From the NCBI GenBank assembly GCA_030141605.1, contig JAQGDQ010000003.1:2170001-2234000 (forward strand): DNA of 64,000 nucleotides, given 5' to 3'. Origin of the DNA: Tubiluchus corallicola (lineage: Eukaryota > Animalia > Priapulida). Positions 39,339-51,600 of the stretch are shown here, one piece after another (within the stretch, counting starts at the first letter, position 1; each line of letters starts with the position of its first letter). The translations under genes were made by a program, and so were the position numbers. The notes beneath the pieces are model-generated. The model was not told where the DNA came from. It did not search any database and saw only the letters and a list, made by a program, of their open reading frames with translations.

Positions 39339-42300
39339 TCGGCACTGCGTTTAGTAAACTGGTAGCTGTTCAGTCTTGTTGAAAATCTCATATTTTTATT
39401 TTCAGTTTTTTATATTTGGGTTGATAGTTGTAGAGTTTACGATACACAGAGTTTAACGAACCAAGTTATGATGTTGCCTTTACATTTTCTGTGAAAGCAA
39501 TAGCAACCATTGATATAAGTCATGCCGTACCTACAATATTTACATCAATTTAAACATTTTACAAGATCTTTTCTAGTGATGCAGCTCTCATAACAAAAAA
39601 AAACTGATGCTAGCATTTGCATTCTACTTTAAGCCATATTAAGTCAATTATAATAGCTCTTTGTGGTTTCCGGATAAATAGTGAATATTATTCTGCTATT
39701 TATTAGACTTGTTTGGATTCATACATTACTTGAACATGACTTTCCATTTATCATTTTCATTTTGAAATGTAAAATGAACTGCGTTTTGATGTGATTACAA
39801 GTGTGCAAACTTTGCTATAACCATGGATCACGGGCCAGAAAACTCATCAGTTTAAATCATGAACTTTGTTCGTTGGCTCACTTCATATTTGTATTGCTCA
39901 GTAGTATTTTAGTCGGTCAGACTGCGAAAATGTGGGTAATAACAGAAGGCAAGAGGACTATAAACATTCTACAAGTCTGAAAAATTGGCCTAGAGAAACA
40001 ATGGTTTCTTGTGACATCATGAAAAATGTTTGAATATTTTTGCATTTACGTATTGGCCTACCTTGTCCTTTTTTTTTGTAATTCAATTCCAGTCTTATGA
40101 AGTCGTTTGATTTTTTATATTGTGCCCATAATAATCAATGCATATATACCATCCCAAATGTCTTTATTTGTGGAATAGCAAGTGTATAATATTGCTTCCT
40201 TAACAACTAGATGCATAAAAAATGCATATGTACTGAGTACTGATTGTTCGAATTTGATGTGAACTGTGTGCACTTGCCTGTGTGGTAGGCAGGAAACTGA
40301 ATAATATTCCCAATGCCTTTATTTAAACTTGATGTTAGATAGGTTTATGTATTTGAAATGCAGCTAAGATGCATCATTACAGTTCAGTAGTCATGGATCT
40401 GATTTTCTTTCAAAATAATTATTGTTTATTATATTTTGTATATGTTGGCAAGATTCTCAAGTTTTTTTACAACATTATGGCTTAAAATTCCTTTACAAAT
40501 GTGACGTAATTAAAAATTCCGTATAAAAATGATTTGTTAAATACCGGTGAGTAAAGTATCTGAAGTGTGGAGTGGTAATGTGAAGTATCTTTTATTTAAT
40601 ATAATCTCAGGAAATTGATTTGAATTGAATCTGGTGCCATTTAATTTGAGTGTACTGCCATGTATTTTGAAAATTTATTGTCATTGTTCTGGTTGCTGAT
40701 TTATTGTGTTGCTTATCCGTACTGTATTTTTGTGCTAAGATCTCAAATAACATTTCATTTTGCAAAATAAACAACAACATTAGTTTATTAGTGTAACAGA
40801 ATCTCATTCCAAAATATTAATGTGAAAATTATTATAATTATAAACTGCATTACAAAACTTTCTTTTAATGTTTCTAAATAAGATCACGTGATATCATTGC
40901 CCCTATTTTTCATGCTGTTTTTGTGTTAATATACATTAACGTTGTAATTGTTTGCAAGGTAAATGTATGTATTGCAGAGCGTGTGGATTATTGTTGCATT
41001 AACCAGTATTGCTCCACTTGAGTCATTGTTATTATGTTGTTCTCATCATCCGTCCAGTAAACTTTGCAGATGTTTATTATGACTAGAATTATTTTTGTGT
41101 ACCTTTACTACATGACTCGAAATTACCTTTTTTTTGTTCATTGAAGCATTTAATGTTGAGTGTACAACTTAACCGATTGGTCAGTTGAAAGTGTAATCTT
41201 TAATAGGATATTAGGTCCCCCGAAGGTGTTTGATGCTACACTACTGGTTTACAAAAAAAACTAGGTCACGTATGCTGCTGTCACAAACTCTCAGAAATTT
41301 GCTTGCTAGTTTAGTGGCGAAAAGATCGCATTTTATCGGTCGTATTATTTATTGTATTCTGTTTTCGAGAGCTGTAGATTTACGAACAATTAAAACATAA
41401 CTCACACAAGTTTGTTTGGACAATTACACTCTTTTTCTTGAATTCGTATTGTAATGTTACTCCAGGTTTAAATAGCTGGTAACATCTTGTTCTTGCGCGT
41501 AAACAAAGCAACATCAGTATCCACTTTAAATGAATTTTAGACATCACTTGTCCCTTTCTCCATGAAACTGATGTTCATGAGTAATTGGCTCAATCAGTAA
41601 AAAGTATTTCTAGATATTAGATATGAAACTAATTAGTAAAGCACAATTTCAAATTGAATAGCTTCTATTACTTCTTCAGTATTTCTTGCATTTCACTAAG
41701 AATTGTTTTGCTGTCATTTTTTCGTATTTTGCGAGTTCTTTCATCAAAGTCATCATTTTTATTAATATGTATACAGTGTGATCAGCACAATATTTCTTTA
41801 ATGCATATTGATAGCAAGTTCAATTGCACTCCGTTTAACCCTTATGAACCTTCATGTTGAATTAACTTGTGATGTAATAACTAATGTTTCTGAAAATTTT
41901 TTGTACAGAATGTTTAGGAAGTATTTTTTTCTTTTAAATTGTAAAAGTTCATTGCTGCACATACTGTAAACTTTATATTTGTTCAAGATATTTTTATATT
42001 GATTTCTCTTTTTCCTAAAAATTGTGGTGGAGTACAAGAAATGTTTAATTTCTCTTTTTTTGAAGTCACGACCTTGTATTTTGTGTTCACGTCATATATA
42101 GTCAATGGTATTATTTCCATGTGCTAGTTTGCCACATAGCTTTAGTTTCCCACTATAGTGAATTTACTGTATGTTGCAATTTATTTTATACATAAATAAA
42201 TGTATTGTATAATGTATTATTATTATGTGCTGTTTTTTCCTTGTTGCTTTATATCATCATAAATTCATAATTACTATTATATTATTTCATTTGGTTTCTC

Positions 42301-44558
42301 AAAAACTACAAATTCGTTGGATACAGAAATGTGATCTAAAAATTGTTTCTGAATTAAAAATAGCACTACCCCCGCCAAGTACAGTAAAAAATCACTAACA
42401 ATAGTGCTATGGTGTAATTCAACTTCTCAGTAGCAAGATACATGTATTTTACAAACAGTAGTTATAACCATCCCAGATTTGTGAATCTCTAATGTGAAAA
42501 CGAAGTATGTGCTAATTGTAGGAAAGTGCTACAGTAAGTGGCAAAAATGTATTACTTTTAAAATTTGTTATTTTCCCATAGCTGCTAATAGCTTTCAGCA
42601 AAGATTTGCCTTTGTTTTCATGTATAATGGTAAAATGTTAGGGTGATGTTACACTGTAAACCAGTAATTTTCTTACAGTTTACTTGCACTACATATCATT
42701 TTAAGTACACAATACTGTACCTCACTAGATCCAAGACAGGAATGAGCGCAAAATAGAGCAACAAGTACAATTAGTTAAATTATTAGTTTGCCCATTCAAC
42801 ATCTCTGCAACTCTTTATTAAACTGCACTGTACATTAATATTACTAAACCAAAAGGTGTGAATAAAAGAAATTCAATTGAAAAAACAAAGCTTCTAATGT
42901 TACTGTAACATTTTAATTTCATTTAGCCAATCTGCAGCACATTTATAAGTGCCAGCATAATTAAGCAAATTGAAATCCAAAACTCTGTAAATCTGATAAA
43001 CTCACTTTTAGTTTTCATTAAACTCTGTATTTATTAAAAAAAGAAACAGATTAGGAGAGAAATGCTTTGTGAAGCATTTTTACTAAATGTGTTAGACAGG
43101 CTAACGTTATCAAGCAGTTAATTTGTCTTTTATCCACTTTTACTCGGTAAACGTTTGACGAAACTTAAATATCCATCCGTATGCAGAATATGGTCAATAC
43201 AAAAATCCAATATTTTTCTTCCCAAAAAAAAAGAAAGTGAAAGTTGTAGTTACAACTTAACTAGTCACATTTTTTGGATAACCCTTGTATTAGCATCTTA
43301 TCAAAGTAAATTAATTTAATCAGTTGTTGTACCTGTTGTTGTAACTGTGAGAACTGTAGCAAAAAATATCATAAGCAAGGGTGATGTATCATAAATGATA
43401 TCTACTGTTTACGGGATAAGCCACTGCACTCTTTATTAAAATCCTAACTTGAAAATTATGTTCACAGAAAGATGGAATCAATATATAATGAAACAATCAA
43501 TACCAATTCCTATGATCTTCTAATTGGCATTCACAATACATGCATGAGACAAAATAAATGGTTTATCACTTTTATTACACTTTGTGTCAATGTTTTCAAT
43601 TTTACATGTGAAACAACTATAATACAACATGCCAAGATTTACGGTAGCAGTAGTTATACCTGGCATTTCGAAAAAGTTTCATCAAATTATTATAAAAAAT
43701 CCCTTTCTACTACAAACATTACCAAAATTTTTGCATTGTGAGAAAAATTTGAAGCTCCATCTGTGCTCAGTTATCAAGGCATACACAGTGTATCTAAAAT
43801 CTAAACTGACGGGATTATTTTCTTTTTTAACTTGGTGATGATGATCGACGCTGCAGTGACAGACTTGGTCTATGCAGTGAAAATCTGAAAGAGAAAAGTT
43901 GGAAATGACTGTTAATCACACCCACAAAGCAGAAAAAAACAAAAGCAAGCAAAGAAACAAAATAAATTTTAAAGCGTTTATCAGCATTATTCAAGGCAGA
44001 CTAATTAGAATAAACTAAATGATTCTTCAACAAGGTTGTAAGAGATACATTAATAGCAAAAGAATCAGGTTCAGCTTTCAGAATAAAAGATCATTGTTTT
44101 TTTAGCTATTGGCGATGTATTTCTTTTTAAATGTTTTCAGTCTCTGTACAGAGTAATATACAGTTAAAGCAGCTAACTGCTGGAACCTGAAATGCTGTAA
44201 AAACATAGACCTGTGTGTTTTTTTAAGCATATGAAAAGGCGCACATATTGTTTTTTATAGGTGGTTGGTGGTACACAGTTTTAACTGGAGTTAGTTTTGA
44301 TTTCATTATATACCTTCCCGGGATTTCTTTATCCTCTACCGTCTGTCATATCATGTTCAGATAAGGCATGTGTAAGATGGTGTCACAAAAGATATTCAAG
44401 TCAATGCTATATGCAGATAAAAAGCACAGAAACATACCTTTGCAGTTTACTTTCAAGAAAAAACACCCAACAACTGATGCTGGTGCCTTACTAAAAGACA
44501 AAGAAGTAAAAAAATTATATTTGCAATAAGTTACTTACTGAATGTTACACATAGGATT

Positions 44559-47500
44559 CTATTTCTTCAATAGCTGATGTCTCACAGCAATAAATGGAAT
44601 GGCAAAACCACTGCCAAAGAAAATAATAAACTTCAGGGTGAGAGCATATCGATTTTTGATGCTAAATGGCATATTCTGAAAAAGAACATAATAATACAGA
44701 TAAAACATTAAGAATAACTTTAATTCGTATACCATATAACAAAAGTTGTAACGTTGATGTGGACTGATCTGATTTCGATTCAATCCCATAATTTCTTACT
44801 TATTGAAGGTCTGTTGCTATAGTAAGCCTCTTTTATAACTACCTTTTCATGGAAGATATTCAATCCTCTTGTCAATGGTTTCTGAATGCCATCAAGTTTA
44901 CTGGTTTTGCTGATACCTCTTATATTTTTACTATATATGCGAAATAGTGGCTTATAAGCTAGCATCGGTTTATCTTCTTCAGAAAAACGTTCTTTATCTG
45001 TTAATTACAACTTCACTTGTTTCAGTAAGAACACCAGCAAACGCTTCCTCATACTAGGTGTGTTCACATAGTAAAAAATAAGGGTGACCTCAAAATTGCA
45101 ACAGAACCTTTTCCAGTTGAGTTCAGTTGCAGATGCACCCAAGTTACCCATATACAAATTAAACCAAAATCAGCCCAGGTCAAATGTCGTAAAAACTTGA
45201 TTTCAAAACAGTCACCAACGTACCTACTCCTGGTTGAAACTGCATAAAAATCAATCATATTTTACTAGAAATGAAAATTCTGCCAAGCACTTTCATAATT
45301 GGACACGCCCTCACATGCACGCACGCACGCACACACACACACGCACACACACACACATACACATCTCTAGTCATTTTAAAGGCAATTTCAGTAATTGTTA
45401 AATCAACGTTTTATCATCGGACCTCTTGCTTGTAAAATTCTTTACCAGAATATGCTTCATTGTTAACAACATCGCCTGCTTTAAAAAAACTTAAACAAGT
45501 ACCTTCAATCACCTAGGAAATTAGTTACAATAAATCTATTTTTGATCTGTATTCATGTTTTCACATTTCCCAGTTAAGTGAGTGGCCACTAACATGTTTG
45601 GGACAATTTGTATACAAAAAACTTATCACTAAACCTTATAGTCAGGACCAGGAAAAAGTTTAACCTGAAATAAACTGTAACAGAAACTTTTTATTTGGGC
45701 TGAGTTGTACAATGTACACTCTGATTGGTAGCTCATGTCAGAAGTCAAATTAAATTAGCCCACGCAAAATGTCTCACATAACTATTTCTAAATACCTACC
45801 AGTACACCTGCTCTTAATCGAAATTGAATAAAAAACAGTCACATTTTGCAAAAAATTGGGGTTTGTCAAACAAAAATTCTAAAAGCAATTGCACTAAACT
45901 CTCTAGTCATTGTTAAAGCTATTAACACATTGTTAAATTAAGCTTTGTATGTTAGGTCACTGTTATTTTTTGGAGTTTAGGTAATAGTAGTAAAATAAAG
46001 GGAATATACTTAATGACATGTCCTTCCTTTAGAATTAGATCATACATGAATTATGAAATTTATTTCACAAGTAAAAATATAGTACAGCTGCAACAGTATT
46101 ACCAACAATTAGAAATTGTCGGTTGTGTGAGGGGAGTGTAGAAACAAGTGGTAATTTACACACTCTCTTACATACTAGAAGGTATTATTAGTTCATGAGA
46201 ACCTATAGAGGCATACGACTATTATATAACTATTACACTAATGCAATAAAACATGATGTAATGCCTGCGGTAGATAGGCTGGTCCAAGTAGTCCGGAGGG
46301 TACATGGGCTGCCTAAGTACTGCACCAAAATCTGGTCAGGAACTGAGCTAAGTTTATGTTAGTGGCAGTGTTCATTCTCCTTGTTTATTTAATAATAATA
46401 TAATTTAAAATGTCAATATACTTTGAACTGCTAAACACTTTTCAATGTGTTTTTAAGCTTGATTTTAATTGTAACTGGTACATTTATATGTATAGTTCAA
46501 TTTAATTACAGTTGCAAATTTGTTGTGCTAATTGTTTCTTAACTAATCTGTGCATAGTATAAAGGAAACTTTCATGTATACCAACAATATTTATAACCAA
46601 TAAAGATGTCTATGTCTATTAAATAAAATTATACATTCGATAAAACAAAATAATCATTAATTCTGAACTTAATGTATGTGTATATATACATTAATATATA
46701 TGCATATATATAAATTCTAAAAAAGCGTGTTTATATATATATAATATATACATAGATATATATATAGTACATCTGCATCTACAGGACCAGTTAGGATCTG
46801 TCTTTCACATCCTGGTCAAAAATGGCAAGTACTAAAGGCTGCTAAAGATTTACACAAAAAGAAGGATTGCAAGGATATCTATGTAAATCCTGATCTCACC
46901 TGGCGTGAACGTGAGGACAATAAAAAGCTAGTCAGCGAACTAAAGTCAAGAAGGGCCAAAGAAGAAAAAGCTAAAATACATAAAAACCAAATAGTTAGCA
47001 TTGATGATGATAATATTACCCACTCTCCTATAAAGCACATTCTTCAGACCAGCATTCCGCATTCGTGCAGCAACAAGATGGAAATGCAATGGCAGCTTTT
47101 ACCGAAAGCAATTGTGTACCGATTTCCACGTCAGATGCAAATGACATGGAATCTGTCGAAAGGGAACTAGAATCTCCGGAACAAGTATGTGAAGATGATA
47201 GTGATGCAGGATCAAACCAAAAGACATCACATAAAACCTGCTTGCTACCTGAATTAAATCAACAATTACAACAAACTACTACCAGTCCTAGGAATAAAAC
47301 TTCAATTATCACTGGAATGATAGACCAGTATTTAACACCACCATTAACTCGCCTAAAATCGGTGGTTACGAAGAAAAAGTGACATTTGAACACCAACCAC
47401 TCAGCTGTAAATAGTGTATATATTTCTAATAACAGTGTGCAAACTAATACTGTAAATTTAATAGTGAAAAACAATGTGAAATCCGGTTCTGATAAACAAA

Positions 47501-50500
47501 AAAGTAAAAAGTGCAACTCTGAATCACTGAGAAAACCAAACCACAATAAAAATGTAAAACTGTTGTTTTCCAATGTTGACTGTTTAACAAATAAAATGCA
47601 GGATATAAAAATAAGATTACTGGAATTAAAACCTGACGTGATCTTCCTGTCTGAGATAAATCCAAAAAATGTTAGATATTCTTTGCAACACTCTGAATTG
47701 ATTCTGCCGGAATATGATATGTTCAGCAATTTGGATGAAAGAGGCATTGTCCTTTACGTGAGATCTGACTTGGCGCCAATCCAAGTTATGCATTTATCAA
47801 ATATTTTCACCTCCTCTTTATGGGTTAAGATTTTTCTGCTAAATGGTAAAGAAGTCTTATTTGGAGGCGTATACCGAAGTCCATCATCTGGTCATAAAGA
47901 AAATGAAAACCTGTTTAGATTGCTGGTACAGTTAAACAAAAGAAAAGAAAAATTGAAAGTCGTATGTGGAGATTTCAATTTTAGTAAAATAAACTGGAGT
48001 ATATGGAGTGCTTCTACACCAGAAATTAGCTTAGAAAACACATTCTTGGACACTTTACGTGATGGATATATGGAGCAGCTAGTAACCTTTCCAACTAGAT
48101 ATAGGGCTGGCCAAAATCCTACTTTACTATATTTATTGATTGTTAATAATCCGCACATTGTATCAAACCTACAGTCACATTTACCAATTGGTAAAAGTGA
48201 CCACTTAGTTATATCATGCAGCATTGAAGCTTCTTGGGAAGTTAAGATTACTAATTATAAGAAGTATAACTTTTACAGAGCAGATTATACAGCTATAAGA
48301 AACTACTTAAACTCAAAAGACTGGGATGTAATTTTTCAAGATAAAGACTTATTTGCCTGCAACAGCACATTGGAAGAAATATAGCATATAGTAAGAGATC
48401 TGTATGTACCAGTGCAAAAACAAGGCAATAGTCAAAAGCCAAAGTGGTTTAATAATGAAATAAAATTGAAACTTAGGCAGAAGAAAGCTGCTTGGAGAAA
48501 GCACCAAAGAACAGCTTCCCGTGCCAACTATGAACGATACGCTCGAACTAGGAATGATGTTACAACATTAGTTAGATCCGCGAGAAGAAATTTTGAACAA
48601 AAATTGTCGGAAGAATGTAGCAGTAATCCTAAAGCTTTCTGGGCATATGTAAATTCCAACTTAATGAAAAAAGAAAGGGTAAGACCCTTAAAAAGAGAAG
48701 ATGGTAGCATTGCCACCACCGATCAAGAACAGGCTAACGAATTACAAAATTTTTTCACATCTGTCTATACAAACGAAGATACAAGCCAAATTCCTCAGCT
48801 ACTACCAGTAACCGAGTACAAACTTGATGTGAGCAGTATCAGTGAATTAGAACTTAGTACAAAAATTAAAAAGATGAAGGTCAACAAATCTATGGGGCCT
48901 GATGGGATTTATGCAAGTATAATTAAGAACAACGAGGATATCCTTATAAGACCAATGCTACAGATAATGAACCAAACTTTATCCAGTGGTATATTACCAC
49001 CGAGTTGGAAAATGGCCAGAGTTTCTGCTATCGATAAAAAAGGCGAAAGAGATTTAGCAAAAAATTACAGACCTATCAGCCTGACATCAGTCGTTTGTAA
49101 ATTGCTAGAGGGAATACTAAGGAATAAAATCTACAACTTCATTACTGAACATAATCTCATGACAGTCAACATGGCTTCAGAACTGGCAGATCTTGTACTA
49201 CCAATGTATTAGTTTCTCTTGAAGAATGGATGGATTTACTTGAGAACAAAGGCGAAGTTGATGTTATCTATTACGACTTTTTAAAAGCATTTGATCGAGT
49301 ACCCCATCTGAGACTTCTGCAAAAACTTGAAGCATACGTAATTTGTGGTCACCTGCTAACATGGATTAATAGTTTTCTCTGTGGAAGAAGACAATGTGTA
49401 GTAGTTAATGGGCAAGAATCAGAATGGGCAAATGTGACCAGCGGTATACCACAGGGAAGTGTGCTTGGACCTATTTTATTCACTATTTACATAAATGATC
49501 TTCCTGAAGTTTTCAACTGCGGTAAGAGCCTGTTTGCAGATGACACGAAAATATATGGTAAAGCATGCTGCCTGGATGATTTTGAGGTCATGCAGAATAA
49601 TATTAATTATGCCGACCAATGGAATTTAACACTGAAAAATGTAAGCTCCTGACTGTTGGAAGGCATAGTACTGCAGGTCGTATATATAAAATGGCACATG
49701 GTCAAGGTTCTAAAGAAATTATAAGTGTCACAGAAGAAAAAGATCTGGGTATTACCATCGACGGTATGCTAAACTTTCAAACACATATAAACAACGTTGT
49801 CAATAAAGCACATGGAAGACTGACATTGATCAAACATAGTTTCCCTTACCTTGACGGACCTATGGTGACCAAACTATACAAATCAATGGTTCGTCCTATT
49901 CTGGATTATGGTGATGTGATTTGCAGCCCAAATCGTCAAGACATGATAAGAAAAATTGAAAGTATACAACGTCGAGCTACTAGACTTGTACCTGCCATTT
50001 CTCATTTACCGTAAGTTGCAAGACTTAAGATTCTGGGCCTTACAACTCTGAAATACAGACGCAAAAGACAAGATTTAATCCAAACATTCCGTATTCTTAA
50101 AGGCATAGAAACCATCAACAGTGAAATATTTTTTCACCGACAGACATATCATGGTATCAGAGGTCACTCCTACAAAATCAAGAACAGAACAGTTCCCCAA
50201 AGGTGGAACAGAAGAAGATTCACATTTGCAAGGCAAGTAATTAATGAGTGGAACAAGCTGCCTGACCATGTAATATAATCCCCCAATCCTGCCCAGTTTG
50301 AGTCTCGTCTCGATAGATTTTGGAAAAATAATGCTGAAAAATATATAGACCCCAGGTTGCCACAATGGCAACAAGAAACCCTATGCTTCGCTTCGTGATC
50401 ACAGTGTCGCCACCCATTATGTATTCTTAAATAGTGATAAAGTAAACAAGGAAGAATGGAGAGGTTTATAAGCTATGTATGCTGAACCTCTATCCTTCGA

Positions 50501-50882
50501 CGGTAACGGTAATGGTAATATAGCTATATATATATATATATATATATTTAAATTAATCCTAATCTCTTAATACTAATAATCATTATGTCTTGTTACATTA
50601 ATATAATAAAAATAGTTATATAATTCTTTTACAGGCCTCTGAACTAATTATATCATCTAATAATATGTAAGAGGAGTGTGTAAATGACCACTTGGCCCTA
50701 CACTCCCCTCACACAAACTAAATTTGCCCACTGAAAATATTACTTTTATAATTGGGTTCTGTGTGAAATATAATATCATAGTTTACCTCGCCAGGGATTC
50801 CACCTTGGCTATGGGTACTTCGTCGAATCGCCGACGTTGCAAAATTCCTAGTCATTAAACTCAGTCTTCCTACAGTAGACAT
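44559..50882 (-). CDS. COX7C: Cytochrome c oxidase subunit 7C, 70-aa precursor
   Basis: Exon 50882-50787 encodes MSTVGRLSLMTRNFATSAIRRSTHSQGGIPGE (mitochondrial presequence); exon 44675-44559 encodes NMPFSIKNRYALTLKFIIFFGSGFAIPFIAVRHQLLKK*. Phase-0 GT-AG intron. A probable 3'-UTR intron spans 44538-43885; AATAAA at 43576-43571. Confidence 0.95.
45316..45363. repeat. (GCAC)n/(CA)n microsatellite
   Basis: Direct reading. Confidence 0.9.
46113..50727. mobile_element. Pair of long inverted repeats (about 85-90 bp) at 46113-46205 and 50632-50727; probable MITE disrupted by a LINE
   Basis: TTGTGTGAGGGGAGTGTAGAAACAAGTGGTAATTTACACACTCTCTTACATA matches the reverse complement of TATGTAAGAGGAGTGTGTAAATGACCACTTGGCCCTACACTCCCCTCACACAA with few mismatches. 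No clear TSD. Confidence 0.7.
46783..50519 (+). mobile_element. CR1-group LINE (partial ORF1, APE endonuclease, RT), decayed, antisense in COX7C intron 1
   Basis: ORF1 remnant PVRICLSHPGQKWQVLK...IYVNPDLTWRERE; APE motifs FSNVDCL, FLSE, GGVYRSP, CGDFN, GKSDH; RT motifs NYRPISLTS, YDFLKAFD, SGIPQGSVLGP, LFADD, EKDLG, YKSMVRPILDY. Several stops and frameshifts; tail GGTAACGGTAATGGTAAT; TA-rich flanks on both sides. Confidence 0.95.
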
Positions 50883-51509
50883 TCTAGCAAGCTAGTAATC
50901 AAATTCTCAAATCATGTACCATTAACCTTCAAGTACAGTGAAAATTTCTCAAATCGGTTTTCGTTTCAAAAAACGGAACACAGAAACCGTGTACTCGGGT
51001 TGACTTTATTTTACGCGCATGATGCAGTTGGTCTTAGATTAAGTCGCATACAATTACTCTTCCTAGGGTCTGAGATGCCTTACAATCTCGTTTGCAAATA
51101 CTTTTAAATAATTTCCCATTTCCTACAAATAAATTGTCTTTCTCAATACGTGTTATGTTTTGGATGAATGTTTTTATAAACAAGATAAAGCTTGTACGAT
51201 ATGATTTCCCACAATTATGACATTCTTTAAGTAGTACTGGCAAGTTATGAAAATATGATTTTATGTATAGACAGATCTTATACAGACAACCCGATTTCAC
51301 ACTTCCTGCTAATATAATGTAATTCACAATTCTTGTTGTTCCTTTCACAGTTCATTACCTTGAGTGAATTAGATAGAGAAAGCATGATTCCAGAATATGT
51401 GGGCTAACTAAGTTGAAACAGATGTGCAGAAAGGACAGTCGATATATTTTTATCAAGGCACAAAAAACAATAGTAAATTAATTGTAAAGGTCAATATAGA
51501 CACTATGTG

Positions 51510-51600
51510 TGTTCGTAAGTGAAAGCAAGCACAAAGAAAACTGGCAAAAGAATGACATGAGTCAGATGTATTCTTTAAGCTATTTTTATGAAGTCATGCA
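51510..51600 (-). mobile_element. 3'-UTR relic of the same LINE family as 9453-10890
   Basis: GTAAGTGAA...AAAGAAAACTGGCAAAAGAATGA...AGATG...CTTTAA...TTTTATGA aligns with about 9913-9988. Confidence 0.6.

Noticed and set aside
43835-43888. GTGATGA...CTGA box C/D-like pair on the plus strand
   Set aside because: Only about 54 nt, no terminal stem, antisense to COX7C with no host intron; the CTGA is the reverse complement of the splice acceptor.
47259-48719. Minus-strand ORFs of 63-162 aa within the LINE
   Set aside because: Antisense shadows of the LINE ORF2 frame.
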